Origin: Salinirarus marinus
GTDB lineage: Archaea > Halobacteriota > Halobacteria > Halobacteriales > Haloferacaceae
Assembly (NCBI RefSeq): GCF_030734185.1
Contig: NZ_CP132292.1
Span: 2,776,271-2,808,270, forward strand
Reading direction: 5' to 3'
Length of the DNA stretch: 32,000 nucleotides
Below are positions 16,934-25,877 of the stretch, one piece after another. Under the pieces are notes generated by a model, which was not told where the DNA came from, made no database searches, and saw only the letters and a list, made by a program, of their open reading frames with translations. Position 1 is the stretch's first letter. The number at the start of each line of letters is the position of its first letter. The position numbers and the translations under genes were made by a program.

Positions 16934-17111
16934 GCGTTTGCGTAGCAAACGCACGCAGGCTGTTCGTTGCGTAGCGCCGAACAGACTCCGATAGAGAGAT
17001 AGATTGGGGGCAAAGCCGCGTCCCCCGTACTGAAACCGCGCATCGACTCCGAAACCCCGAGTCGGACATCACGTACCGACTCGGAAACGCCGACTCGAAC
17101 GCGGTGAGTCG
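16934..17111. promoter_or_regulatory. candidate double-strand origin: two hairpins plus iterons
   Basis: Hairpin 1: GCGTTTGC-GTA-GCAAACGC (16934-16952). Hairpin 2: CTGTTCG-TTGCGTAGCGC-CGAACAG (16960-16984). Both expose TTGCGTAGC. Two 21-bp repeats CGACTCSGAAACSCCGASTCG lie at 17044-17064 and 17077-17097, with an extra GAGTCG at 17106-17111. Confidence 0.45.
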
Positions 17112-17254
17112 GCATCCCCGATGGGAGTAGAAAGGGGGTGGCTCCCGAAAAGGGGTATGGGCAAGTTCTGGGGGCTTGAATCTGCGACCCCCGCACTAAA
17201 CGGCCCGTTCCCCACTTCCCCTCAATACTAAAGACTACCCAACTAAAATCGGGC

Positions 17255-17810
17255 TTTCTGAACAGGTAATTTGACAGTCTTACGGTTCGAGACGGTTCGT
17301 ATCGGCAGTTCCGTGAATCTCCCGAGCCTATTTAAAGGTAATCTGACGCAATTACAGTACCTCTCACTATACGTGTAGGGCGCGAAAAATCCGCCATACT
17401 CAATCAGTAGATCGGGCTTATCAGTCCTCGAAGCCGTCCAGAATCGACGTTTTCGTGGTTTCACAATGGCTTATAAAGGGTGAAGTAGGATTGATTGTCC
17501 CAAGGCAGGGACAGTGATTGACTTCACCGTCCATCTCCGTCGTCGTCCTTCTCTCAATGCTCCCTATCTGGCGAACAAAACACGGTCTTCCGAACGGTTA
17601 ATTTCACTCTCTCAAGCCGCGAGAGAAGTAAAATCGCCTGTTCCGTGATTTTCAGGGGCCTATTTAAAGGTATTTTGCCGCAATTACGTTCCTCTCAATG
17701 CTCCTTATCCCCCCATCATAATTTCGGGATTCGCCAAATCAGAACAGTCGATTTCTGACGGCTAACCGCCTCGAAACCGTCGAATGTTGATTTTAAATGG
17801 GGTGAAAAAG
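17255..17810. repeat. two diverged ~215-235-bp repeat copies spaced ~330 bp apart, each containing a TATTTAAAG box; no convincing ORF
   Basis: Best-conserved core is GTTCCGTGAWTYTC...GCCTATTTAAAGGTAWTYTG.CGCAATTAC..YCCTCTCA, at 17308-17367 and 17640-17697. Weaker similarity extends about 50 nt upstream and 110 nt downstream. Confidence 0.7.
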
Positions 17811-18322
17811 GGTATTGGGCGAACGTGTTGTTATCAGTCCTATTTTTTGACTCTCTAATCCCTTTCGTGAGAACGGTCATAGACGGTTCCTACGAGACTG
17901 AAGCAGTTGGAGGACCAAAACCACTTGGATAAGCGCGAAGGTTCAGATTATTGCTCATAGACCAAACGTGAGAGATTGTGAAGCAACTGACCGTCAAGGC
18001 ACAGACGGGGAATCCAACATCACCCCACCACGAGAAGCTGTGCGGCGCGGGACTGTGAGGTGAATCTACTATCTACGATAGGTAATCCAACATCACGGCA
18101 AGATAGACTAAGTGTGTATCTTCCGTGGGATACACCTTCTATTGAACGGAGCGATTGCGTATCGTTCCACCGTCCTTCCCCTGTTCGGACGGTCCTCACT
18201 ATGTAGGTATATAACTCAACAACAAATAGACTTTTGATTGTGTCTCGGGATACCCCTCTCGCGGTAGTACTGGTATTCCAAACGGGGAAACACCCAAATG
18301 TCAGGTCAAAATAGCGTTCTTC

Positions 18323-18604
18323 ATGCTCAGCCCAGAATTTTGGTTGGTGATTTCTCTCCTGTGGTTCGTCGTTGCGATCCTCACCGCGAAAGACGCGCGA
18401 AAGCGAGGTATGAATCAGCTGTTCTGGCTCTTAGTGGCGATTATTTTCGGAATATTTGGTGTCGTAATCTACCTTCTCGTCAGAAAACCTCACCCCGACC
18501 GACGAACAACCTCGGATAGCAATCGGGACGAATTTACTACTAAATCATGGGATGAAATTGACGACGAACCAGCGAGTATGTCGTCTACTTCCGAGAAAGA
18601 GTAA
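18323..18604 (+). CDS. small membrane protein, PLD-nuclease N-terminal (PLDc_N)-like
   Basis: Two TM helices (FWLVISLLWFVVAIL and LFWLLVAIIFGIFGVVIYLLV) with a basic loop between them, then an acidic tail. The pattern resembles the PLDc_N small-protein family. Confidence 0.6.
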   Translation: MLSPEFWLVISLLWFVVAILTAKDARKRGMNQLFWLLVAIIFGIFGVVIYLLVRKPHPDRRTTSDSNRDEFTTKSWDEIDDEPASMSSTSEKE

Positions 18605-18859
18605 CTCGGAGGCAGTTGACTGTGGCGAGCTTGCCACAGCGGGGTGTCGTCCGCGCCAATTCCAATATGCTCACCCCAAGAATGATAGTGGTTCCCAATG
18701 AACTACGCCCGAACCGACGGATGGCGAACCATCACCGACACAGCGTGTATGGCTTCAAAATCAGGGGTTCGAGAGAGTCCCCTGTTTCGGGTGGAACTAC
18801 CCCGTCACTTACCAGTGGCGTGACAATCCTGAAAAATCAGAAAACCGCAAGAGGGAAGG

Positions 18860-18973
18860 TCACTCCGTCTTCGGCGTCCCGTCGAAGTGATACTCCGCGG
18901 AATCGTCCCGTGGCTCGTAGCCGAGCAGTTCCTTCGCGCGGTCGATGGAGTAGTACTTGCGTTCGTTGTCGGA
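18860..18973. repeat. attR: 114-bp repeat forming the genuine 3' end of the epimerase gene
   Basis: Direct repeat of 5004-5117. Starts exactly at the epimerase stop codon (TCA on the plus strand at 18860-18862). Confidence 0.9.
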
Positions 18974-19645
18974 GATGCCGTAGACGATCTCATAGCCGTA
19001 GTCGGCGCGCACGCAGCGGTCGAACAGGTGGGCGCAATCGCGCCACGAGAGCCACATCGCCTGTCCGCGTTCGTAGTTCCGCGGCGGGTGGTCTTTCGTG
19101 AGGTTGCCGATGCGGACACAGACGACGCTCAGTCCGTGTTCGTCGTGGTAATACCGCCCCAGGACCTCGCCCGACGCCTTGCTCACGCCGTAGAGGTTGC
19201 TCGGCCGGGGCAGTTCCGTTCCGTCGAGGCGGTAGTCGTCGTCCGCTCGGTACATCTCGGGCGTTCGCTCGTCCGTCTCGTAGGCCCCGACGGCGTGGTT
19301 CGAGGAGGCGAAGACGAACTTCTCGACGCCCGCCTCGACGGCCGCGTCCAGTACGACCTGCGTGCCGTCGATGTTGTTCCGGAGGACCGAGTCCCACGGC
19401 GCTTCCGGCCGTGGGTCGCCGGCGAGGTGCACGACTACACCGACGTCGGCCATCGCTTCCCGTACCGCCTCCGCGTCGGTCACGTCGGCGACGTACACGT
19501 CCTCCCGGTCGACGCCGTCGGGGACGCTCTCCGCGGGAAGCGGCTCCCGGTCGAGGAGCCGCCAGTCGTGGTCCGTCGCGAGTCCCGAGAGGATGGCCTG
19601 TCCGACGCGCCCGCCCGCGCCCGTCAGCAGAACCGGGTCGTCCAT
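18860..19645 (-). CDS. NAD-dependent epimerase/dehydratase family protein
   Basis: MDDPVLLTGAGGRVGQAI Rossmann GxxGxxG motif. SDR-type YxxxK (YGVSKASGE). 261 aa, acidic. Confidence 0.9.
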   Translation of the reverse strand: MDDPVLLTGAGGRVGQAILSGLATDHDWRLLDREPLPAESVPDGVDREDVYVADVTDAEAVREAMADVGVVVHLAGDPRPEAPWDSVLRNNIDGTQVVLDAAVEAGVEKFVFASSNHAVGAYETDERTPEMYRADDDYRLDGTELPRPSNLYGVSKASGEVLGRYYHDEHGLSVVCVRIGNLTKDHPPRNYERGQAMWLSWRDCAHLFDRCVRADYGYEIVYGISDNERKYYSIDRAKELLGYEPRDDSAEYHFDGTPKTE

Positions 19646-19744
19646 TCAGGTGTCAATGTAGCCACCGAGACTAAGTATTGTCCGGTTCCCGTCAACTGCC
19701 GGGACGCCGGCGACGTTTATGCGCGTCCGGCGCGTATCGGTGGT

Positions 19745-20071
19745 ATGGCCCACCGATTCGTCCGTGCGACGCCGAAACGGGACCGACTGGCGGAGCTACG
19801 GGAGCGACTCGAGCGCGGCGACGTCGAACGGCTGGACCCGTTCGGTCACGCCGTGACCCGCGCGCTGGAACGCGCGCGATTCGACCCCGACACCGGCGAG
19901 GCCGTCTGGGTCGAAGAGGACTACTGCACGCCCCCGCTGGCGATGGAACGGGAGGCAGTCCTCGACGACTACTTCGAGACGCTCACCGTCGTCGACGCCG
20001 ACGTCGACGAGGCCGCCGGCTGGGAGCGCATCGAGGACCTGCCGTCGCTGTGGGACCGCGTCGAGACGTAA
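19745..20071 (+). CDS. conserved hypothetical protein (108 aa)
   Basis: Internal ATG of ORF 18887..20071; the upstream part is antisense shadow of the epimerase. Acidic halophile-type composition. Confidence 0.55.
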   Translation: MAHRFVRATPKRDRLAELRERLERGDVERLDPFGHAVTRALERARFDPDTGEAVWVEEDYCTPPLAMEREAVLDDYFETLTVVDADVDEAAGWERIEDLPSLWDRVET

Positions 20072-20123
20072 TCGCCCCCGCCGCACCCGATACGCCTTAC
20101 TCGCCCGCGTCCCACTCCCGCGT

Positions 20124-20459
20124 ATGGTCACCGACGTCCAGCAGGCCTGTTTCGAAGCCGGCATCAAGTTCGGGTCGCTCTACCACCAGTTCGCGGGCAC
20201 GCCCGTCAGTCCGGAGAGCGCGCGCAGTCTGGAAGCCGCGATGGCCGACGCCATCGAGAACCAACCGTACTGCGAGGCGGTGAGCGTCGACATCGACGAC
20301 GGCGAACTCGAGGCCGCCATCGACCGCGGCTACACCGAACTCACGGGGCGGTTCATGGACGTGGAGATGCGGATCGCGTACGAGGGCGTCGTCGTCCGCA
20401 CGCGCATGGAGCTGGAGGACGGCTATCCGCTGATGAAACTGGTCGAAATCGAGGATTGA
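20124..20459 (+). CDS. small archaeal protein, possibly dihydroneopterin aldolase MptD-like (COG2098)
   Basis: FEAGIKFGSLYHQFAGTPVS...QPY resembles what I recall of the archaeal MptD family. Recollection only. Confidence 0.4.
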   Translation: MVTDVQQACFEAGIKFGSLYHQFAGTPVSPESARSLEAAMADAIENQPYCEAVSVDIDDGELEAAIDRGYTELTGRFMDVEMRIAYEGVVVRTRMELEDGYPLMKLVEIED

Positions 20460-20531
20460 ACGGCCGTTATCCCCGATTTCACTTCCGCTTTCGGGCGTGC
20501 GTTTAAATCGCATGGCGGGGAACGTACGGGT

Positions 20532-20936
20532 ATGAGTCAGACGACGCTCAGTGACGAGGACCTCTTCGGCGAAGCCGCGGCGGAGATGCGCGAGGACGTC
20601 GAGTCCCACCTCGAACAGGCGCGGGCGGAACTCCCGTCGGCGGCGGCCGTCTGGGAGACGGAAGCCGACAACGTCCTCGGCGTGTTGAACGGCCTCCGGT
20701 CGGCCCTCGACGTCGGCGACGCCGAAGAGCAGCTCCGGCAGGCGAAAAAGTGGTACACGATGGGCGAGCGCGCCGACGCGTTCGAGGACGCCGACGACCT
20801 GTCCGAGGCCATCGAGGAGCTCGAAGCGGTCGTCGCGTCGATACGCGAGGCCGAAGAGAACGTGGGCGACCTCACGAACGCGATCCCCGAACTCCGCGGG
20901 ACGCTACAGGACCTCGAAGCCGACGAGGACGAGTGA
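20532..20936 (+). CDS. hypothetical acidic, likely helical protein (134 aa)
   Basis: ATG-initiated and strongly acidic, with likely helical/coiled-coil character. No motif recognised. Confidence 0.6.
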   Translation: MSQTTLSDEDLFGEAAAEMREDVESHLEQARAELPSAAAVWETEADNVLGVLNGLRSALDVGDAEEQLRQAKKWYTMGERADAFEDADDLSEAIEELEAVVASIREAEENVGDLTNAIPELRGTLQDLEADEDE

Positions 20937-21668
20937 CTACCGTCGTTCCGTCCGCTCCCGGTCGGCGACGGCCGCCAGCAGCGCCGAGAGCGACTCGGCC
21001 GCTCCGTCGAGCAGTTCCTCGCCCAGTTCGGCGTCGCCCTCGTCCGGGTCGCCGACGACGCCGTTCTCGGTGAACTCCGCGCTGTCGTACGCGAGGTTCA
21101 CCCGCCCGACCCAGTCACCCCAGCGGTCGCTCGCGCCGTCGCGCGCCTCGTCGATCTTCCCCTCGCGCACGAGTTCGGGCCGCTCGGCCCGCAACAGCGC
21201 CGTCTCCAGCGGCCCGGCGTGGCCCATGTCGGTTCGGTGGTCGCCGACGGCGTCGAACCACGTGAACGGGACGACGAAGGCCTCGCCCGACCGGGAGACG
21301 GCCGCGGACACTTCCCGGAGCGCGTCGACGTTGCCGCCGTGGCCGTTGACGAGGACGATCCGGTCGAAGCCGTGGGTGGCGAGGCTCTCCACGAGTTCGC
21401 GGACGTACGCCCGGAACGTGTCGGGCGACACCCAGAGGGTGCCCGCGAAGTGGCGGTGTTCCTCGGAGACGCCGACGGAGACGGTGGGCGCGACGACGAC
21501 GTCCCGGTCCGCTCGCTCGACGCCCGCCTCCGCGACGGCTTCCGCGTTGACGGCGTCGGTTCCGAGCGGTGCGTGCGGGCCGTGCTGTTCGGTGCTTCCC
21601 ACCGGGACGACGGCGAGGTTCGTCTCGGCGTCCCGGAGTTCCGGCCACGTCGCGTTCGAGAGATGCAT
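20937..21668 (-). CDS. creatininase-family amidohydrolase (ArfB-like)
   Basis: VPVGSTEQHGPHAPLGTD and VNGHGGN motifs are characteristic of the creatininase family. Confidence 0.85.
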   Translation of the reverse strand: MHLSNATWPELRDAETNLAVVPVGSTEQHGPHAPLGTDAVNAEAVAEAGVERADRDVVVAPTVSVGVSEEHRHFAGTLWVSPDTFRAYVRELVESLATHGFDRIVLVNGHGGNVDALREVSAAVSRSGEAFVVPFTWFDAVGDHRTDMGHAGPLETALLRAERPELVREGKIDEARDGASDRWGDWVGRVNLAYDSAEFTENGVVGDPDEGDAELGEELLDGAAESLSALLAAVADRERTERR

Positions 21669-21701
21669 CGTACGCCGTCTGCGTTCGCCCGCGGTGTAAA
21701 C

Positions 21702-23648
21702 TTAGTCGTCGTCCGCGTCGGTCTGGGCCTGTCGGCGACTCGCCCGCTCGACGAACTCCGCGGGCAGGTCGTCGATTTCGCCCGCCTGCACGCCCCAGAG
21801 GCTGGCGTAGAGGCCGTCTTTCGCGAGCAGCTCCTCGTGCGTGCCGCGTTCGGCGACGCGCCCCTCGTCCAAGACGACGATCCGGTCGGCGTCCTTGATG
21901 GTCGAGAGGCGGTGGGCGATGGCGAACGTCGTCCGGTCCTCCGTGAGGCGGTCCAGACTGCGCTGGATGAGCATCTCCGTCTCGGTGTCGACGTCGGAGG
22001 TGGCTTCGTCGAGGACGAGTATCTCGGGGTCTTTGAGGACGGCGCGGGCGAGGGCGAGGCGCTGGCGCTGCCCGCCGGAGAGTTTGACGCCGCGTTCGCC
22101 GACCATGGTGTCGTAGCCGTCGGGGAGATTGGTGACGAACTCGTGGGCCTCGGCGGCCTTCGCGGCCTCGCGTATCGCCTCGTCGCTCGCGTCGAACGTC
22201 CCGTAGGCGACGTTCTCGCGGACCGACCCGTAGAACATGAACGTCTCCTGGCCGACGTAGCCGATGGCCTGCCGGAGGCTATCGATGCTCACGTCGCGGA
22301 CGTCCTGACCGTCGATTCGGACGGCCCCCTCGTCGACGTCGTACATCCGGAGAAGGAGTTTCAGCGCCGTCGACTTCCCGGCTCCCGTGGGCCCGACGAG
22401 CGCCAGCGTCTCGCCCCCCTCGACGGCGAACGAGACGTCCGAAAGCACCGGATCGTCGTCGTAGCCGAAGGTCACGTCGTCGTATTCGACCGCCCCCTCC
22501 GTGACCGTCAGGTCTTCCGCGTCCTCGCGCTCGTCGATGCGCCCGGGTTCGTCCATCAGGCCGAAGATGCGGGCACTGGAGGCGTAGGCCCGCTGGTACA
22601 TGTTGATTATCTGTCCGAACTGGGCCATGGGCCAGATGAATCGCTGGGTGTAGAGGACGAACGCGACGAACTTGCCGGGCTGTAGGTCGCCCGTGAAAAA
22701 GAGGGGGCCTTCGCTGTGAAACACCCAGAGGCCGCCGACGACGAAGGTGAGGGTGAAGCCGATGCCCGCGAGGACGCGCAGGCCGGGGAAGAAGGTGATG
22801 CGCGTCTCGATGGCGTCCCAGTTGGCGTCGAAGTAGTCGAGCGAGACGTCGTCGACGCGGTCGTTCTCGTACGCCTCGGCGTTGCTCGTCTTGATGACCT
22901 GGATGCCGCCGAGGTTGTTCTCGAGGCGGGAGTTGACCTGCCCCACCGCGGAGCGCACCTCGGCGTATTTTGGCTGAATCGCTCGGACGAAGTAGTACGT
23001 GAAGACGGCGATGAGCGGGACGGGCAGCAGGGCGACCAGCGCGAGTTGCCAGTTCATCCAGAGGAGGATGCCGGCGATGCCGACGACCATCACGCCGAGG
23101 CGGAAGGTGGCGTTCAGCCCCTCGTTGAGGAACCGTTCGAGGCGATTCACGTCGTTCGAGAGGACGGACATCATCTCGCCGGTCTGCTTGTCGGCGAAAA
23201 AGTCCATGTTGAGCCGTTGCATCCGATCGTAGGTGTCGGTGCGGACGGCGTGCTGGATATGCTGGGCGAAGGAATTCCACCCCCAGTTTCGGACCCAGTG
23301 GAAGACGGCTCCGCCGAGGAAGGCAAAGAGAACGATGCCGACGACGAACCAGAACTGGGCGGTGGGATCGGTCGGGAGCCACGACCGCGGCACCAGCGGC
23401 AGATCGAACGGGCTGTTCCGGAGGAAGATGGCGTCGACGGCCACGCCCAGCAGGAGCGGCGGAAGCAGATCGAGGACGCGGGCGACGACGCTCGCGGTGA
23501 CGCCGACGGCGAACTGCGGCGCGTAGTCGCGGCCGTACTCCGCGAAGAGGCGGCGCATCGGGTTCGCCGTCCGCTCTCGCTGCGCTTCGAAGGGGTCGTC
23601 TTCGTCCGCGGGAACCTCCATCGTCCCCTCTCGGGGGTCCGCAGGCAA
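21702..23648 (-). CDS. ABC exporter, fused permease/ATPase (MsbA-type)
   Basis: Six-helix transmembrane N-domain. Walker A GPTGAGKST, signature LSGGQRQR, Walker B ILVLDEATS, H-loop AHRLST. Confidence 0.9.
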   Translation of the reverse strand: MPADPREGTMEVPADEDDPFEAQRERTANPMRRLFAEYGRDYAPQFAVGVTASVVARVLDLLPPLLLGVAVDAIFLRNSPFDLPLVPRSWLPTDPTAQFWFVVGIVLFAFLGGAVFHWVRNWGWNSFAQHIQHAVRTDTYDRMQRLNMDFFADKQTGEMMSVLSNDVNRLERFLNEGLNATFRLGVMVVGIAGILLWMNWQLALVALLPVPLIAVFTYYFVRAIQPKYAEVRSAVGQVNSRLENNLGGIQVIKTSNAEAYENDRVDDVSLDYFDANWDAIETRITFFPGLRVLAGIGFTLTFVVGGLWVFHSEGPLFFTGDLQPGKFVAFVLYTQRFIWPMAQFGQIINMYQRAYASSARIFGLMDEPGRIDEREDAEDLTVTEGAVEYDDVTFGYDDDPVLSDVSFAVEGGETLALVGPTGAGKSTALKLLLRMYDVDEGAVRIDGQDVRDVSIDSLRQAIGYVGQETFMFYGSVRENVAYGTFDASDEAIREAAKAAEAHEFVTNLPDGYDTMVGERGVKLSGGQRQRLALARAVLKDPEILVLDEATSDVDTETEMLIQRSLDRLTEDRTTFAIAHRLSTIKDADRIVVLDEGRVAERGTHEELLAKDGLYASLWGVQAGEIDDLPAEFVERASRRQAQTDADDD

Positions 23649-23701
23649 AAGCCTGTCTCGCGGCGGTCGTCACTCAGCACCTTTTTCCAGGGCCATCTCC
23701 G

Positions 23702-24808
23702 ATGGCCACTATGAGTCTACACTCGGTGAGAACAGCACCACCCTGGGTCGCCCCCTGGGTCGTCGTGGGCGTCGGCTGTACACTCATCGGGGTCGCGCTG
23801 TACAATTTCGCCCGCGAAATACGGATTCTCGACACCCTCTGGCCACCCGTCGTTGCCGTGGCTCTCTCGGTGGGGTTGGCCGGCGGACTGGTCGCCGCCG
23901 GGTTGCGCCTCCGGGAGAGCAATCTCCGCCCCGTGGCGCTCTGGCGGGTCGCCGGCTGGTCGCTCGGCGGGAGCGCGTTTCTCGTCCTCGTTTCCGTGCT
24001 GACCATCGCGATCCGCCTCGCCGAGGGCCGCGTCGTCGACGAGGCCGTCCTCGACCTCCTGGTGAGTAGCGCCGCCGGCGGACTGGCGGGCTATCTCATC
24101 GGGATGAACACGGTGCGTGCCGACCACGAAGCGGCCGACGCACGACAGGCCAGGGACGCGCTGGCTTTCCTGAATCGACTCCTGCGCCACGAACTCCTGA
24201 ACGGAACGAACGTCATCCACGGCTACGCGGCCCAACTCGACGACGCCGTGCCCGACGCCGAGGCGGACCGACTCGACGCGATCCTCGCCCGGAGCGAGGA
24301 CCTCGCGGACCTCGTTCGGACGATGCAGCCCGCCGCCCGCACGTTTACGGCCGATGGTTCTCTCGACGCCGTCGATCTCTCGAGCGTCCTCGACCGACGC
24401 ATCGAGACGATCCGTCGAACCTATCCACACGCCGACGTCACCGCCGACGTTCCGTCCGAGGTGTACGTCCGCGCGAACGACGCGCTCGCGTACATCGTCC
24501 ACAATCTGCTGGCGAACGCCGTCGAACACAACGATTCGGACGCGCCCCACGTCGACGTCGCGGTCGACGTGCGGGGTGACACGGTCAGAGTCGACGTCGC
24601 GGACGACGGCCCCGGCGTCGCCGACGACCGGAAAGAAGAGATCTTCCGGACGAAGACCCACACGGAGCGGGGCTTCGGCCTCTATCTCGTTCGGACGCTG
24701 ATCACGCGCTACGGCGGCGAGGTGTGGGTCGAGGACAACGAGCCACGGGGGAGCGTCTTCGTCGTCGAACTCCCGCGGGTGGCCACGAAGCCGTCCAGCG
24801 ACCCGTGA
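23702..24808 (+). CDS. membrane-bound sensor histidine kinase
   Basis: Four N-terminal hydrophobic helices. H-box LLRHELLNG. N-box LLANAVEHN. G-boxes DDGPGV and GFGLYLV. Confidence 0.85.
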   Translation: MATMSLHSVRTAPPWVAPWVVVGVGCTLIGVALYNFAREIRILDTLWPPVVAVALSVGLAGGLVAAGLRLRESNLRPVALWRVAGWSLGGSAFLVLVSVLTIAIRLAEGRVVDEAVLDLLVSSAAGGLAGYLIGMNTVRADHEAADARQARDALAFLNRLLRHELLNGTNVIHGYAAQLDDAVPDAEADRLDAILARSEDLADLVRTMQPAARTFTADGSLDAVDLSSVLDRRIETIRRTYPHADVTADVPSEVYVRANDALAYIVHNLLANAVEHNDSDAPHVDVAVDVRGDTVRVDVADDGPGVADDRKEEIFRTKTHTERGFGLYLVRTLITRYGGEVWVEDNEPRGSVFVVELPRVATKPSSDP

Positions 24809-24826
24809 GGCCGGGACGGCACACGC

Positions 24827-25096
24827 CTACAGTTCGTGCGCCTCCGCGTCGGGGTCGACGCCGGCCTCGCTCAGGTCCTCGCGGATCCGCGTCCGGAGCG
24901 GGTCGGGAACCGTATCGCGGGAGACGGGGACCGCCGTCTCGCCGTCCCCTTTCACCTTCCAGTAGAGGACGCAGTCGCTCGGTTCGTAGTATTCGATGGC
25001 GTAGTTGTCGTCGACGCCGCGGTAGTGGACGCGCGCGGCGAACCCCTCCGCTCGCCACCCCTCCAGCTCGGAGAGCGCGTCGATTCGATCGCCCAT
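24827..25096 (-). CDS. hypothetical acidic protein (89 aa)
   Basis: ATG-initiated with halophile-type composition. The competing overlapping ORFs are Arg-rich shadows. Confidence 0.6.
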   Translation of the reverse strand: MGDRIDALSELEGWRAEGFAARVHYRGVDDNYAIEYYEPSDCVLYWKVKGDGETAVPVSRDTVPDPLRTRIREDLSEAGVDPDAEAHEL

Positions 25097-25136
25097 GGAC
25101 GACGCTCGTCGTCGAGACGGGTGGGGTTTTCGGTGG

Positions 25137-25745
25137 CTACCGATCGCCGACGACCATCCGGTCGCCGACGTCGATGCCCGTCTCGTTCGTGTAGCCCATC
25201 GGCACTTCGACGACGTACTTCCCCCGCCCCCGGTAGCGTTTTAGCCCGCCGTCGCCCGCCGGCAACGGCGCGTGGTGGACGGCGGTGACGGTCCCGCTCG
25301 CGTCGACGAAGACGATGTCGAGCGGGAAGTCCATCTTCCGCATGACGTAGGCGTGAGTGCCCTCCGAGTCGTGGACGAACAGCATTCCCTCGCCGTCGTC
25401 CAGCGACTCGGTGTCGCTCAGGCCGGTGTAACGCTTCGCCAGCGTGTCGGCGACGCGAACCTGGACGGCGGCGAGTTCCGTCCCGTTCTCGTCGACGAAC
25501 GTCACCGTCGTCCGCTCGTAGCCGTCCGCCGGCGAGCGATTCGTTCCGTCGCCGTCGGTCGGCGTCGCCGACCCGTCCGTCGAGGGCGGGAAGGCGGCAC
25601 AGCCGCTCGCGAGGAGGAGGCAGACGACGGCGACGAGTCCCACGCGCGAGGCCACGTCGGCGACTGGCGGCGGCGGCGGGTAAACGTTCCGAGCGCGGGG
25701 CGAATGGGAAACGGTTATTCGGGCGTGGCGGCAACGTTCGGTCAC
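25137..25745 (-). CDS. DUF192-like lipoprotein
   Basis: LLLASGCAA lipobox. GMLFVHDSEGTHAYVMRKMDFPLDIVFVD and KYVVEVPMGY resemble DUF192 (COG1430). The ATG at 25745 abuts the tRNA-Val gene, so the in-frame GTG at 25655 (MASRVGLVAVVCLLLASGC) may be the true start. Confidence 0.7.
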   Translation of the reverse strand: MTERCRHARITVSHSPRARNVYPPPPPVADVASRVGLVAVVCLLLASGCAAFPPSTDGSATPTDGDGTNRSPADGYERTTVTFVDENGTELAAVQVRVADTLAKRYTGLSDTESLDDGEGMLFVHDSEGTHAYVMRKMDFPLDIVFVDASGTVTAVHHAPLPAGDGGLKRYRGRGKYVVEVPMGYTNETGIDVGDRMVVGDR

Positions 25746-25819
25746 GGGCTCGTGGTCTAGCTGGTTATGACGCGGCCTTTACAAGGCCGAAGTCGGTGGT
25801 TCGAATCCGCCCGAGCCCA
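25746..25819 (+). tRNA. tRNA-Val (anticodon TAC)
   Basis: Acceptor GGGCTCG/CGAGCCC. Anticodon stem CGGCC/GGCCG with loop TTTACAA. T arm GGTGG-TTCGAAT-CCGCC. Discriminator A. Confidence 0.9.
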
Positions 25820-25877
25820 CTTCTCTGCGACCGACCGACGAGCGCAGCGAGGAGCGTCGTCGCAGTGTGTGTCTGAC

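Larger units (their letters stand above)
5004..18973. mobile_element. integrated provirus/plasmid-like element (13,856 bp unique plus a 114-bp att duplication)
   Basis: Flanked by 114-bp direct repeats (113/114 identical). Integrase lies next to the left repeat. GC content and codon usage shift sharply inside. Carries Rep, RHH and virus-tail-like genes. Confidence 0.85.

Noticed and set aside
16759-17464. Track ORFs 16759..17196 and 17243..17464
   Set aside because: They overlap the hairpin/iteron region and the promoter-like repeats. Their repeated peptides (GVSESVRDVRLGVSESMRG) simply mirror the DNA iterons, and their composition is non-coding-like.
18616-19744. ORFs 18616..19101, 18805..19119 and the first 286 codons of 18887..20071
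   Set aside because: They are antisense or out-of-frame shadows of the well-supported epimerase gene and the att repeat.
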